NCBI GenBank assembly: GCA_022822265.1
Contig: JAJECA010000050.1
Coordinates: 81,075-145,074, forward strand
DNA: 64,000 nt
Reading direction: 5' to 3'
From: Acidimicrobiia bacterium
GTDB taxonomy: Bacteria > Actinomycetota > Acidimicrobiia > Acidimicrobiales > Bin134
Shown here in pieces: positions 1-8,823 of the stretch. Positions within the stretch are counted from its first letter, which is position 1, and each line of letters begins with the position of its first letter. A model generated the notes under the pieces. It was not told the origin of the DNA, ran no database searches, and saw nothing but the letters and a program-made list of their open reading frames with translations. Made by a program: the position numbers and the translations under genes.

Positions 1-65
1 CGTCACCATCTACAAAGCCTCCCGCTCCGCCCGCCGCTAGCTGTATTGCCCACAGGGGGCATCAC

Positions 66-257
66 TCATGAAGAGAGCAGTGCTTTGACGGCCTCGACAC
101 CGACTACGACATCGCCGTTCATGAGATCACGTTCGCCTTCGGCGATCTCCTTCATGGCCTGGGGGTCCCCAAGAATGGCCAGAGTCTCCTCTAGAGCCTC
201 GAGGTCCTCAGGACTCATGAGAACCGGTGCTGGCGAAGCGTTACTAGCGATGAACAC
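66..257 (-). CDS. Phd/YefM-family antitoxin, apparently N-terminally truncated
   Basis: PAPVLMSPEDLEALEETLAILGDP...IAEGERDL resembles the C-terminal half of Phd/YefM antitoxins. The only start is GTG at 257, and the upstream frame is closed by TAG at 276-278. The ATG overlapping its stop (ATGA at 66-69) opens only a 10-codon ORF, so no intact toxin follows within the window. Confidence 0.45.
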   Translation of the reverse strand: MFIASNASPAPVLMSPEDLEALEETLAILGDPQAMKEIAEGERDLMNGDVVVGVEAVKALLSS

Positions 258-275
258 ATACTTCTGAAGGTGGGG

Positions 276-587
276 CTAGACGAGGCTGGTGGTTGATCCG
301 CTGCCGATGGCTACTAGGCCGGCGCTGTTGACGCCGCCGACGGCTACGAGGCCGATGGAGTTGACGCCTCCGATGGCCACGAGGCCGATGGAGTTCACGC
401 CGCGAATGGTGACCAGGCCCATGGAGTTCACCACACCGAAGGTGACGATCCCCATCGCGTTGAGGAAGGCCACCGCCGCAGCCCCGATAGCGTTGATGCC
501 CGCGACCGCCGCGATCCCGATCGAATTGAACCTCGAGATCGCCGTTATCCCAACGCTGATCCCACTGTTTCCATTGCCGTCGTCCAT
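276..587 (-). CDS. Small repeat protein: eight tandem 11-residue units, consensus (I/M)G(L/I)V(A/T)(I/V)xGVNS
   Basis: ATG at 587 is preceded by GGAAAGGGG (SD-like). Codon usage is typical for this genome (GGC/GTC/AAC/AGC/ATC), whereas the opposite-strand ORF 289..663 is rich in rare AGG codons. No family recognised. Confidence 0.55.
   Translation of the reverse strand: MDDGNGNSGISVGITAISRFNSIGIAAVAGINAIGAAAVAFLNAMGIVTFGVVNSMGLVTIRGVNSIGLVAIGGVNSIGLVAVGGVNSAGLVAIGSGSTTSLV
291..554 (-). repeat. 8 x 33-nt tandem coding repeat (11-aa units)
   Basis: Protein units: VGITAISRFNS, IGIAAVAGINA, IGAAAVAFLNA, MGIVTFGVVNS, MGLVTIRGVNS, IGLVAIGGVNS, IGLVAVGGVNS, AGLVAIGSGST. Confidence 0.8.
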
Positions 588-741
588 GGTGCCCCTTTCC
601 CGACTAGACGTAGAACGCCGCCCAGCCGTCTCCGTCTCCCGAAACATACCGGATTGCCGCTAGCGGGATTCTCAGCCCCTCATGACAGCAAAGCGATGCA
701 TTGGATGGCGCGCCAATTTGGTTAGACGGCGACGGATGCCT

Positions 742-1233
742 TCAGCCTCCGAGAATTAGCCGTGGCTCATCCAAGAAGGGCTCAACAACGTTCAATCCGG
801 TCAAACCCTGCCATTGTGCTCGGGTCGATTCACCTTCGTATGTGAAGAAGCGATCGCATCGACTTATGGCCGCGGACGCTAGGTGGATTGCATCGGCGGG
901 TTTCACTGTCCTCCTCGCAGGGCCCCTTGACTTGCGGATGATTGCACGAGCCTCACGGACGACTCTGATTGAGACGTCTGTCATGTTGATCGGCGATGCA
1001 GGAACCCAGAGCTGATCGATTACCTCTTCGCTATCCAGAGGGTCAACACCAGGCTGATCGGTGGAGATATAGGCAACTTCGGCAATCGACAAGACCGAAG
1101 TAAACAATTCGATCTTCTCGTCTCGCGCATCCTCAAGCACGGCCTCTATGACATCCGCTCGGTCCTGTTCATTTGCCACGAATGCGATCAGGACGTTGGC
1201 GTCAAGGTAGACCCGGCTTTGCCTACTGGTCAT
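742..1233 (-). CDS. PIN-domain (VapC-like) ribonuclease
   Basis: N-terminal VYLDANVLIAF, then SIAEVAY, PADAIHLASA and CDRFFTYE give the acidic-residue pattern of PIN domains. Its start overlaps the upstream gene's stop by 11 nt. Confidence 0.7.
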   Translation of the reverse strand: MTSRQSRVYLDANVLIAFVANEQDRADVIEAVLEDARDEKIELFTSVLSIAEVAYISTDQPGVDPLDSEEVIDQLWVPASPINMTDVSIRVVREARAIIRKSRGPARRTVKPADAIHLASAAISRCDRFFTYEGESTRAQWQGLTGLNVVEPFLDEPRLILGG

Positions 1234-1993
1234 CTCTCATTTGCCTGACCAGGACTTCGGCTGGCTCAGAAATCCGGATAACTCCCCTAGCCCTTAGGTA
1301 GCCATCCGGGTCTCCCTCTTCGACAGGATCAATTTTGGTCACTTGTCGGACCCAAAGCGGCCTGTCGGTCTTGGCGTCTCGGCCGACAGTTCCCGTCACA
1401 TCGGCAATGTGCCCCCAAACGTCGCGCATGGTTTCCTCTTGGTCGTGGCTCAAATAACACTTCACAGCTCTGTTTGAAGAGAGTTCATAGAGATTGAAGC
1501 TAAGGCCTTTGCGTCTGGACAGCGATTCGACCCGGCCACGAACGGTCCCAATAGACCTCGGGTCCTCCTCTGGCCATTCGGTCTCAGAAAGGGCTAACGG
1601 ATCCAAGGGGGCTTCAACAACGACTTGCTTCCCATTGGTCTGAACCGTGACAGGGTGAGCCTCGTTTGCGAGAGCCATTAGTTCGTACATCTGTTTGTGT
1701 AAAGGAAATCCCAGATCGGCGTTTCCGCCCTGCACCCGTTGAGCAGCATCTATGAAGTTGTCGCACATGGCTGGGATCAGCCGGTGAGCTTCGTCATCCA
1801 GTGGAACAGCCTGGGCCGACGCGGCGGCACTTCCGTAGTCAAGACCTGCGAGTACCCACCGGACCTCTGCACTGTGGCTCTCTTGCAAGGCCTCGAGTAC
1901 CTGGAAGAACCGAGCGAACGCGTTGGAGAGCGCCTCAATCGTCACCTCACCACCAAGGTGGAACCTCACATGGCTCTCGCTCATCTCAAGCAT
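1223..1993 (-). CDS. Hypothetical 256-aa protein, upstream partner of the PIN gene
   Basis: Long ORF with normal codon usage, translationally coupled to the PIN gene (11-nt overlap). No family motif recognised. Confidence 0.55.
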   Translation of the reverse strand: MLEMSESHVRFHLGGEVTIEALSNAFARFFQVLEALQESHSAEVRWVLAGLDYGSAAASAQAVPLDDEAHRLIPAMCDNFIDAAQRVQGGNADLGFPLHKQMYELMALANEAHPVTVQTNGKQVVVEAPLDPLALSETEWPEEDPRSIGTVRGRVESLSRRKGLSFNLYELSSNRAVKCYLSHDQEETMRDVWGHIADVTGTVGRDAKTDRPLWVRQVTKIDPVEEGDPDGYLRARGVIRISEPAEVLVRQMRDDQ

Positions 1994-2040
1994 GCTAGGC
2001 GGGGTGCAACTAGAGGGTCACTACCCAATTTCGCATGAGC

Positions 2041-2060
2041 CCCCTGCAAACCCGCAGGGG
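2041..2060 (-). terminator. Candidate stem-loop terminator
   Basis: cccctgc-aaaccc-gcagggg forms a perfect 7-bp GC-rich stem 33 nt downstream of the 2093..2311 gene's stop. There is no U-tract. Confidence 0.3.
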
Positions 2061-2092
2061 ACATCATTCATGAGGGGCGCAGCCGCTGCCTC

Positions 2093-2311
2093 TCAAAACA
2101 GCGAGCCGATGCCTTGGATGGCGCGCCAGGCTAGGTAGATGCCGGCGGCGGTGATGGCTACCCAGAAGTGCCAGGGGACTTTTTGGCGGGGCGGGGGTAC
2201 TGGCTCGGGTGGGGTCTCCACCGGGGTGCCGCAGGTGGGGCACTCACCCGCCTCGGTCACTGAGCCGGGGTTCCAGAAGCGGTCGCAGGGCTCGCACCAG
2301 GGCACGGCCAT
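2093..2311 (-). CDS. Small zinc-ribbon protein with C-terminal transmembrane helix
   Basis: CEPC...CPTC (two CxxC pairs), a Pro-rich linker, then the hydrophobic stretch WHFWVAITAAGIYLAW. Confidence 0.5.
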   Translation of the reverse strand: MAVPWCEPCDRFWNPGSVTEAGECPTCGTPVETPPEPVPPPRQKVPWHFWVAITAAGIYLAWRAIQGIGSLF

Positions 2312-2437
2312 AGCTTGCCACCACGAGACGCCGAGACCCCGAAGCAGGAAGCGCCGAAGTGGTCTCCGTCGGCCAGCAACTCCCCGGCGCTTGGTGAAGA
2401 TGCGGGTATTGCCGGTAGCGGTGGTAGCCTGGCATTA

Positions 2438-2486
2438 CTCGGTCGAAGATTTCTGCCGAGCGGGTTGCCTCCGAGTTTCTTTCTCT
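2438..2486 (+). promoter_or_regulatory. Hairpin plus T-rich tract in the long 5' leader of the helicase gene
   Basis: ctcggtcgaa-gat-ttctgccgag (2438-2460) forms a stem of about 9 bp. A second ccgag at 2471-2475 could pair alternatively and is followed by tttctttctct. Confidence 0.25.
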
Positions 2487-2585
2487 GATTCCGGGCAAGC
2501 TGCCCGATGCTGTATTGCGCCACGCTGACGATTTCAGGCGCCAATCATCCCCTAGCCGCCCGCCCCACGCGGGCAAGGAGCCCCA

Positions 2586-3782
2586 ATGCCCCCCACTTTC
2601 GCCCAGCTGGGCGTGCCCGAATCCATCTGCCGCGCGCTCAAGCGCAACGGCATCCACAAGCCCTTCGAGATCCAAGCCGCCGTAATCGCCGACGCCATGG
2701 AAGGCCGAGACATCTGCGGTCGAGCGCCTACCGGGTCGGGCAAGACTCTTGCATTCGGCATCCCGCTGATCGCCAATGTGGGCCAAGCCCGGCCTCGGCG
2801 GCCCCGAGCTCTGATTCTGTCCCCCACCCGCGAGCTCGCCGACCAGATCGCATCGGAGCTGCGCTCGATCTCCGGACCGATCACCGTGGAAGCCGTTTAC
2901 GGCGGTGTCGGCTACGCCAATCAGCGCAAGAAGTTGCAACGGGGGGTGGACATCCTGGTGGCCTGTCCCGGCCGGCTCGAAGACTTGATCGACCAACGGG
3001 CGGTGAGCCTGCACGAGGTCGACCAAGTGGTCATCGACGAGGCCGACCGCATGGCCGACATGGGCTTTCTGCCTGCCGTTCGGCGCATCCTCGGTCAAAC
3101 CGCTTCCCAGCGCCAGACCGTTATGTTCTCGGCCACCCTCGACCGCGACGTGGCCAAGCTCACACGCGACTACCAGCATCGCCCCATCACACATGAGGTA
3201 GGCGATGCCACGCCCGACATCAAGGCAGCCGATCATCGGTTCTGGACGGTGGACAAGACCGAACGGGTCGGTGTCTGCATCGATGCGGTAACCGCCTCAG
3301 GTCCGACAATCGTGTTCTGCCGGACCCGGCACGGATCAGACCGGCTGGCCCGCCAGTTCACCCAGCGGGGCGTCAAAGCGGCCGCCATTCACGGGGGCCA
3401 TGCCCAGAACCGCCGCACTCGGACGCTCAAAGAGTTCATCGACGGCCGGGTCGAGGCTCTGATCGCCACCGACGTCGCCGCTCGGGGGATCCATGTGGAC
3501 TCGGTGGCTTGCGTTATCCATTTCGACCCACCTGAGGATCACAAGGCGTATCTGCACCGCTCGGGCCGCACCGCCCGCGCCGGCCAGACGGGACTGGTGG
3601 TGTCGTTGGTCCAAAACGGCCAACACGCCGACGCCAAGAAAATCCAGCAAAAGCTCGGACTGCATGAACCCATCACCAGTCCTAGGCGTCTCGAACACAG
3701 CGCAGCGCCCGCCCGTCGCCGCAATCCGGCTCAGCATCGGCAGAAATGGCGGAAGCCCCGAAGCCGCGCTTCCTCCCGTTAG
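2586..3782 (+). CDS. DEAD-box ATP-dependent RNA helicase
   Basis: Q-motif FEIQ, Walker A APTGSGKT, VIDEADRM (DEAD), SAT, HRSGRTARAG, and a basic C-terminal tail. Confidence 0.95.
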   Translation: MPPTFAQLGVPESICRALKRNGIHKPFEIQAAVIADAMEGRDICGRAPTGSGKTLAFGIPLIANVGQARPRRPRALILSPTRELADQIASELRSISGPITVEAVYGGVGYANQRKKLQRGVDILVACPGRLEDLIDQRAVSLHEVDQVVIDEADRMADMGFLPAVRRILGQTASQRQTVMFSATLDRDVAKLTRDYQHRPITHEVGDATPDIKAADHRFWTVDKTERVGVCIDAVTASGPTIVFCRTRHGSDRLARQFTQRGVKAAAIHGGHAQNRRTRTLKEFIDGRVEALIATDVAARGIHVDSVACVIHFDPPEDHKAYLHRSGRTARAGQTGLVVSLVQNGQHADAKKIQQKLGLHEPITSPRRLEHSAAPARRRNPAQHRQKWRKPRSRASSR

Positions 3783-3821
3783 TGGTCTGTCTGCCCGCCA
3801 GTGCGGGTGTGCGCAAATGGA

Positions 3822-4931
3822 TCAGGCCCGGCGAACGGCGAGGATGGCTACATCGTCGGTGATGGTGCCGTCGGCAAAATCTCGAGCGGCCTCCAACAGC
3901 GTCTTGCACAGCACGTCGGGGGAGACGGTGGGGTCGCGGCGGAGGTGCTGGGCGATGCGGTCCTCGCCGAACTGGGCGTCGCCATAGCGCACTTCAGCCA
4001 GACCGTCGGTGTACATGAGCACCATGTCGCCTGAGTCCAAGGGGATCTCCCGGCTGAAATAGGTACTGCCGGGATCAAGCATCAACAGGGCCCCGGTGGC
4101 CCGCAGTGGCTGTACTTCGCGCTCATGCCAGAGCCAGGCCGCCGGGTGGCCGGCAGAGGCGTACCGCATGGACTGGGCCTCGGTGTCAAAGACCACGATC
4201 ACCACCGATATGAACTCCTCGGCCCGCTCGATGGACGACATCTGGGCGTTCAACTCCTCCAAGGCCTGGGCCGGGTCGCGGAACTGGCGCAGAAACACCC
4301 GGAGCAGGTACTTGGCCTGGAATGCGGTGATGGACGACTCGATGCCCCGGCCGGCCACATCCCCGATTACCGCGGCCACCCGGGTGGGACCCACCCGGAA
4401 AACGTCGAAGAAGTCCCCGGCCATAACGCCCTCACCCGCTTGGTACACCCGCCCCATCTCGTAGCCGGCGAAGTCGGGCAGGTCGTCGGGGGCTAGCCGC
4501 CCAGCCCATGCCCGTGGGGCGAGGTCCCCCTGGCTCAGCGTCTCCTCGGCCCGGCGCTCCATCTCGAACCGCTCCTGGGTGAGCCGGGCCTCGGCCACAG
4601 ATCGACGTCCCCACCACAACGGAAACAGGGCGGGCACCACCACCAAAGCCAAAACGGCTGCCACGGCCCGAGACTCCAAGACAGCGGTCAATGCCGCCAC
4701 CACGGTCAGGGCCGCATACAGAAGGGCGGAGTGGGCATCCCGACGGAAGCTGGACTGGGCCAGGGTGTGAGCCGCTTCATAGGCGCTCTCGCCCTCCTCG
4801 TCGTATCCCTCCCCCGCATGGGTGTGCTGTACCCGGAGCAGGAACCGATGTCGGTGCCGGGCAGCCCGGGCGAAGATGCCGGCCGCGAACGCGCAGACGC
4901 CCGCGGTAAGCACAAGGAGGAGGGTCTCCAT
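3822..4931 (-). CDS. Membrane-anchored PP2C/SpoIIE-family serine phosphatase
   Basis: N-terminal hydrophobic helices, then GDVAGRGIESS, SAGHPAAWLW and MYTDGLAE, which are typical of the SpoIIE/RsbU phosphatase domain. Confidence 0.8.
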   Translation of the reverse strand: METLLLVLTAGVCAFAAGIFARAARHRHRFLLRVQHTHAGEGYDEEGESAYEAAHTLAQSSFRRDAHSALLYAALTVVAALTAVLESRAVAAVLALVVVPALFPLWWGRRSVAEARLTQERFEMERRAEETLSQGDLAPRAWAGRLAPDDLPDFAGYEMGRVYQAGEGVMAGDFFDVFRVGPTRVAAVIGDVAGRGIESSITAFQAKYLLRVFLRQFRDPAQALEELNAQMSSIERAEEFISVVIVVFDTEAQSMRYASAGHPAAWLWHEREVQPLRATGALLMLDPGSTYFSREIPLDSGDMVLMYTDGLAEVRYGDAQFGEDRIAQHLRRDPTVSPDVLCKTLLEAARDFADGTITDDVAILAVRRA

Positions 4932-4992
4932 TTGGCAAGATTACCCCGCAAAATGGCGAAATTCTTGCCGCTTTCCCGGCAATTTCCGGGGA

Positions 4993-6351
4993 TTACTCGC
5001 CGGAGCGGCGGCGCACCCGCAGCTTGACCGGGACTGATCCCAGGTCGAATGCCTCCCGAAAGCGGCGCTCCAAGTAGCGCAAATAAGTGCGGGGAAGGGT
5101 CCGATTGGCAAACAGCGTGAAGGTGGGAGGGTCGGCCGCCCCTTGGGTGGCGTAGAGCACCCGGGCGCCGTCGGGGGCGGGATGGGCCGCCTGGGCGTCT
5201 CGCAGCACACGGTTCACCGCCTGGGTGGGGATGCGGCGCCGGTACTCGGCGATCACCCCCCGAAGCTCGGGCAGGAGCCGATTCAACCCCCTCCCCGACA
5301 GGGCGCTCACCCGGAGAACGGCCGCTTCGCCCAAGAAGTGCAGACGGTGGTCGATGTCGAGGGCTATTGCCTCCCGGGCCTCGGTGTCGAGCAGGTCCCA
5401 CTTGTTGAGCAGAACCACGATGGGACAGCCGGCGCCGTCGATGCGCTCGGCCAAGCGCTGGTCTTGGTGGGTCACCCCCACCGTGGCGTCGATCACCAAC
5501 AGGGCGATGTCTGAGCGATCAACTGCGGCCAAGGCCCGCAGCAGCGAGTAGTACTCGGTGGCCTGATCGATGCGGGCCCGGCGGCGCATCCCCGCGGTGT
5601 CCACAAACCGGATCGGTCCCAATTCGGTTTCCACCACGGTGTCGATGGCGTCGCGAGTGGTGCCCGGCTGATCGTGGACCACCGACCGGTCGTCGCCAAT
5701 CAGGCGGTTGAACAGAGTGGACTTTCCCGCGTTGGGCCGGCCCACGATGGATACAGAGACCGTGCCGGCATCGGATTCGGGCTCGGCGCCGGCCTCGAGT
5801 TGTTCCGCCGGCTCTTCGGGCAGCAAGGCCATCGCCGCGTCCAACAGGTCGCCCACTCCCCGCCCATGTAGCGCGCTCACTGGGAACGGATCGCCCAATC
5901 CCAGGCGGATGAACTCCCAGATGAGGTTCTCGTGGGCCTCGTCGTCAACCTTGTTCACCGCCACCAACACCGGGCCAGCCCGGCCCCGCAGCCTTCCCGC
6001 CACACCCTCGTCATCGCCGGTTATTCCCGCCTGGGAGTCCACCACCATCACCACCACATCGGCGTCTTCCATGGACTTCTCGCTCTGAGCGGAGACCTTG
6101 GCATCCATCGAGGAGTTGTCGCCGGTGCCCTGGGGCAGCCAACCGCCGGTGTCCACCACCGTGAATTCCCTCCCCTGCCAGCTAGCCGGCATCTCCTTTC
6201 GATCCCTGGTCACGCCGGGCTGCTCGGCCACGATGGCCTCCCGACGGCCCAGGATCCGGTTCATGAGCGTGGACTTGCCCACATTGGGCCTCCCGACGAT
6301 CGCCACCGTGGGCCAGCGAGGAGAGAGCGACGGTGAAGGGGCCTCGGCCAT
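4993..6351 (-). CDS. der: Ribosome-biogenesis GTPase Der (EngA)
   Basis: Two tandem G domains (GRPNVGKSTL and GRPNAGKSTL, each with DTGG/DTAG and NKxD) plus a KH-like C-terminus. Confidence 0.95.
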   Translation of the reverse strand: MAEAPSPSLSPRWPTVAIVGRPNVGKSTLMNRILGRREAIVAEQPGVTRDRKEMPASWQGREFTVVDTGGWLPQGTGDNSSMDAKVSAQSEKSMEDADVVVMVVDSQAGITGDDEGVAGRLRGRAGPVLVAVNKVDDEAHENLIWEFIRLGLGDPFPVSALHGRGVGDLLDAAMALLPEEPAEQLEAGAEPESDAGTVSVSIVGRPNAGKSTLFNRLIGDDRSVVHDQPGTTRDAIDTVVETELGPIRFVDTAGMRRRARIDQATEYYSLLRALAAVDRSDIALLVIDATVGVTHQDQRLAERIDGAGCPIVVLLNKWDLLDTEAREAIALDIDHRLHFLGEAAVLRVSALSGRGLNRLLPELRGVIAEYRRRIPTQAVNRVLRDAQAAHPAPDGARVLYATQGAADPPTFTLFANRTLPRTYLRYLERRFREAFDLGSVPVKLRVRRRSGE

Positions 6352-6355
6352 GGAG

Positions 6356-7717
6356 CTAGCCCCCGATTGCCCTTCGCAGGGCCACCCCGTCGGTGGGAAC
6401 CACCTCTACCGGGCGGGGGAGATCGCTTGGCCGGGTTCCATCCAAGAACATGCCTTGCGACAGGCAAACGTCGGGAAGCAGATAACGATGGCCCTCGGGT
6501 TGGCCAGCCAGCGTGCGGGCTATGTCCTCGCCCACCAGCAGCCCGGCCACCGCGGTGGTACCGCCGAAGAACCGGTTCTCCACCGGTACCACCCGCACAT
6601 CCCCGCGGCCCAGCGAAGCCACCAGCGGCCCCAGCACCGCGGCCCCGTACTCCCCTGTGACCACTCCCACTGGAGCGCCCTTGCGGGGCCGCAGACCGAT
6701 CGGCGTCGAGCCGTCGTTCCTCGGCGCCCGGTAGCCCTCGGCGGGCGCCCCTTCCACCCAAGCGAAGAATCCGGGACGGGTTCCGGTCACTTCTTCGGTC
6801 TGGCCCGAGAACTCTGTCCGAAGCGTGGCCGCCATGCCCACCCCATCCTCGTGCATGGGAAATCCCTCGTAGGCCTCCGGGTCGGGGAATTCGATCCCGG
6901 CCAGCAGGTAGTACTCGTCGGCGGCGAACACCAGGCGGCGGCCCAGCACCTGGCGGTTGATCTCCTGCCACTCGTGTACCGCCTCGACAACCGCAACCGC
7001 CTCGGCGGTCGTGTGGGGCCTCAGCCGGGGTTCTGACGTGTGCCGCGACACCCCCAGGGGCACCACGCACACGCTGGCCAGCTCGGGGTATTCGTCGGCC
7101 ACACCGGCAAGGGTGTCCTCCAGCACATCTCCGTCGTTCACGTCGGGGCACACCACCACCTGGCCGTGTACCTCGATGCCGTGGTCGAGCAACGCCCGCA
7201 GCCAGCGCAGGCTGGTGGCCCCCCGGCGGTTCCGGAGCATGTCGGCCCTCACGTCTGGATCGGTGGCGTGGATGCTCACGTTCAGCGGCGACAACCGCTC
7301 GGTCACCACCCGCTCCATGTCGGCCTCGGTAAAGCGGGTCAGGGTGGTGAAGTTGCCGTAGAGGAATGAGAGCCGGTAGTCGTCGTCCTTCAGATACAGG
7401 CTGGGGCGCAGACCCGGCGGGAGCTGGTAGATGAAGCAGAATTCGCAGTGGTTGTCGCAGGTGCGCACCCGGTCGAACAGCGCCGAGTCCACCTGGGCGC
7501 CCAACGGCTCCCCGGCCCGCTTGAGCACCTCCAGCTCCAGCACCACCCCGTCGCGGCGAATGTCCAGGCTTAGCTCGGGCTCATCCACTAGCTGCTGGTA
7601 CTCGATCACGTCCTTGGGGACGGAGCCATTGACGGCCAGCAGCTCGTCGCCGGCCTTCAAGCCGTATTGCTGAGCCACCGACCCATCGGCGACCGCTGTC
7701 ACCCGGGGAGCGGACAT
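6356..7717 (-). CDS. PDZ domain plus DUF512 radical-SAM-like protein
   Basis: N-terminal PDZ-like GLKAGDELLAVNG, then CDNHCEFCFIYQLP and LKDDDYRLSFLYGNFTTLT, characteristic of DUF512 proteins. It lies next to der, as in many actinobacteria. Confidence 0.8.
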   Translation of the reverse strand: MSAPRVTAVADGSVAQQYGLKAGDELLAVNGSVPKDVIEYQQLVDEPELSLDIRRDGVVLELEVLKRAGEPLGAQVDSALFDRVRTCDNHCEFCFIYQLPPGLRPSLYLKDDDYRLSFLYGNFTTLTRFTEADMERVVTERLSPLNVSIHATDPDVRADMLRNRRGATSLRWLRALLDHGIEVHGQVVVCPDVNDGDVLEDTLAGVADEYPELASVCVVPLGVSRHTSEPRLRPHTTAEAVAVVEAVHEWQEINRQVLGRRLVFAADEYYLLAGIEFPDPEAYEGFPMHEDGVGMAATLRTEFSGQTEEVTGTRPGFFAWVEGAPAEGYRAPRNDGSTPIGLRPRKGAPVGVVTGEYGAAVLGPLVASLGRGDVRVVPVENRFFGGTTAVAGLLVGEDIARTLAGQPEGHRYLLPDVCLSQGMFLDGTRPSDLPRPVEVVPTDGVALRRAIGG

Positions 7718-7770
7718 GGCAAAAATGATACGAGGCCAAGAATGCCCCGGCCGACCACTAAATTGACCTT

Positions 7771-8808
7771 GTGGACGTCGACAAGGTGATCTTGGCCGCT
7801 CCCCGGGGATTCTGCGCCGGTGTGGAGATGGCCATCAAGGCACTGGCCTGGCTGGTCCGCACCTTCGAAGCCCCCGTGTACTGCTACCACGAGATCGTGC
7901 ACAACAAGCTGGTGGTCCGCCGTTTCGAGAAACTCGGCGTGGTGTTTGTGGACGACATTTCCGAGGTTCCTCCGGGGCATCCCATAATGCTGTCGGCCCA
8001 TGGTTCGGCCCCCGAGGTGGTGGAAGCGGCCACCGAGCAGGCCAGCTACATGGTGGACGCGGTGTGCCCGCTGGTCACCAAGGTCCACCACGAGGTGAAG
8101 GTGCGAGCCGGCAAGGGTTACCGCATCGTGTACGTCGGACACGAAGACCACGAGGAGGCGGTGGGCACCATGGCGGTGGCCCCGGAGGCCATCCACCCGG
8201 TGGAGAGCATCGACGATGTGGAGGCGCTCCCGAATTTCGACGACCCGGTGGCCCTGCTGGCCCAGACCACGCTGTCGCATCGCGACTGGGAGGGCGTGAT
8301 GCACGCGGCCCGCGACCGATTCCCCGACATGTGGACCCCGGGACGAAGCGACCTCTGCTTCGCCACCACCAATCGGCAGGCGGCGCTGACCGCCATCGCC
8401 GAACAGTGCGGCACCGTGGTGATCGTGGGTTCGGCCAACTCCTCCAACACCATGGCGCTGGAGAAGCTGGCCCGAGAGCTGGGCTGCGAGCGGGTGTTCC
8501 GGGTGAACCGTGCCTCCGAGCTGCCCGACGACATCTCCGGAGTGGTGGGGCTCACCGCCGGGGCTTCGGCCCCCGAGGAGCTGATCAACGAGGTGCTCGA
8601 CCGGCTCGCCCCAGCCGAGGGCATCGAGGAGGTGTCGTTCACCGATGAGGACGAGTACTTTCCCCCGCCCCGCAACCTCCGCGATCTCATAGAGGCCTCC
8701 GGCTCTCTGGCCTCTTTCAGCCTGGGTGGGCCCCCGTCGCCCACCCCTATCGTGGATCGCAAGGTGGCGGCCAGCGACGTGCTCGACGGCCTCATCGCCA
8801 GCCGCTGA
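7771..8808 (+). CDS. ispH: 4-hydroxy-3-methylbut-2-enyl diphosphate reductase
   Basis: LAAPRGFCAGVEMAI, HEIVHN, SAHGS and SSNT motifs of IspH/LytB. Start is GTG at 7771, with an alternative GTG at 7786. Confidence 0.9.
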   Translation: MDVDKVILAAPRGFCAGVEMAIKALAWLVRTFEAPVYCYHEIVHNKLVVRRFEKLGVVFVDDISEVPPGHPIMLSAHGSAPEVVEAATEQASYMVDAVCPLVTKVHHEVKVRAGKGYRIVYVGHEDHEEAVGTMAVAPEAIHPVESIDDVEALPNFDDPVALLAQTTLSHRDWEGVMHAARDRFPDMWTPGRSDLCFATTNRQAALTAIAEQCGTVVIVGSANSSNTMALEKLARELGCERVFRVNRASELPDDISGVVGLTAGASAPEELINEVLDRLAPAEGIEEVSFTDEDEYFPPPRNLRDLIEASGSLASFSLGGPPSPTPIVDRKVAASDVLDGLIASR

Positions 8809-8823
8809 CCGCGGCCGGCAGCC

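Noticed and set aside
255-290. The repeat protein (276..587) and the Phd fragment (66..257) are in the same frame, separated only by TAG at 276-278. This raised the possibility of read-through or pyrrolysine.
   Set aside because: There is a one-in-three chance of frame coincidence. No Pyl context is present, the junction sequence (TTSLV*PHLQKY) matches neither family, and the two halves are unrelated domains.
289-663. Plus-strand 124-aa ORF with an ATRPMELTPP-type repeat, opposite the repeat mini-protein.
   Set aside because: It is the mirror image of the same 33-nt DNA repeat. It is full of AGG codons that are rare in this genome, while the minus frame uses the common GGC/GTC/AAC/AGC codons and has an SD-like site.
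41-2524. A shared 10-mer, gctgtattgc, followed within one nucleotide by ccac, near 40-55 and 2508-2522.
   Set aside because: A single short match between two positions in 64 kb is within chance expectation, and no further copies were seen.
2312-2585. Searched the largest intergenic regions (also 24973-25139, 33371-33516 and 34201-34317) for tRNA or tRNA-Sec genes.
   Set aside because: I found no T-loop (GGTTCGA-like) and no UCA anticodon-loop context with flanking stems by eye.
2244-3236. 330-aa minus-strand ORF overlapping the helicase gene.
   Set aside because: It is a shadow ORF antisense to the DEAD-box helicase, with skewed composition and no family motifs.
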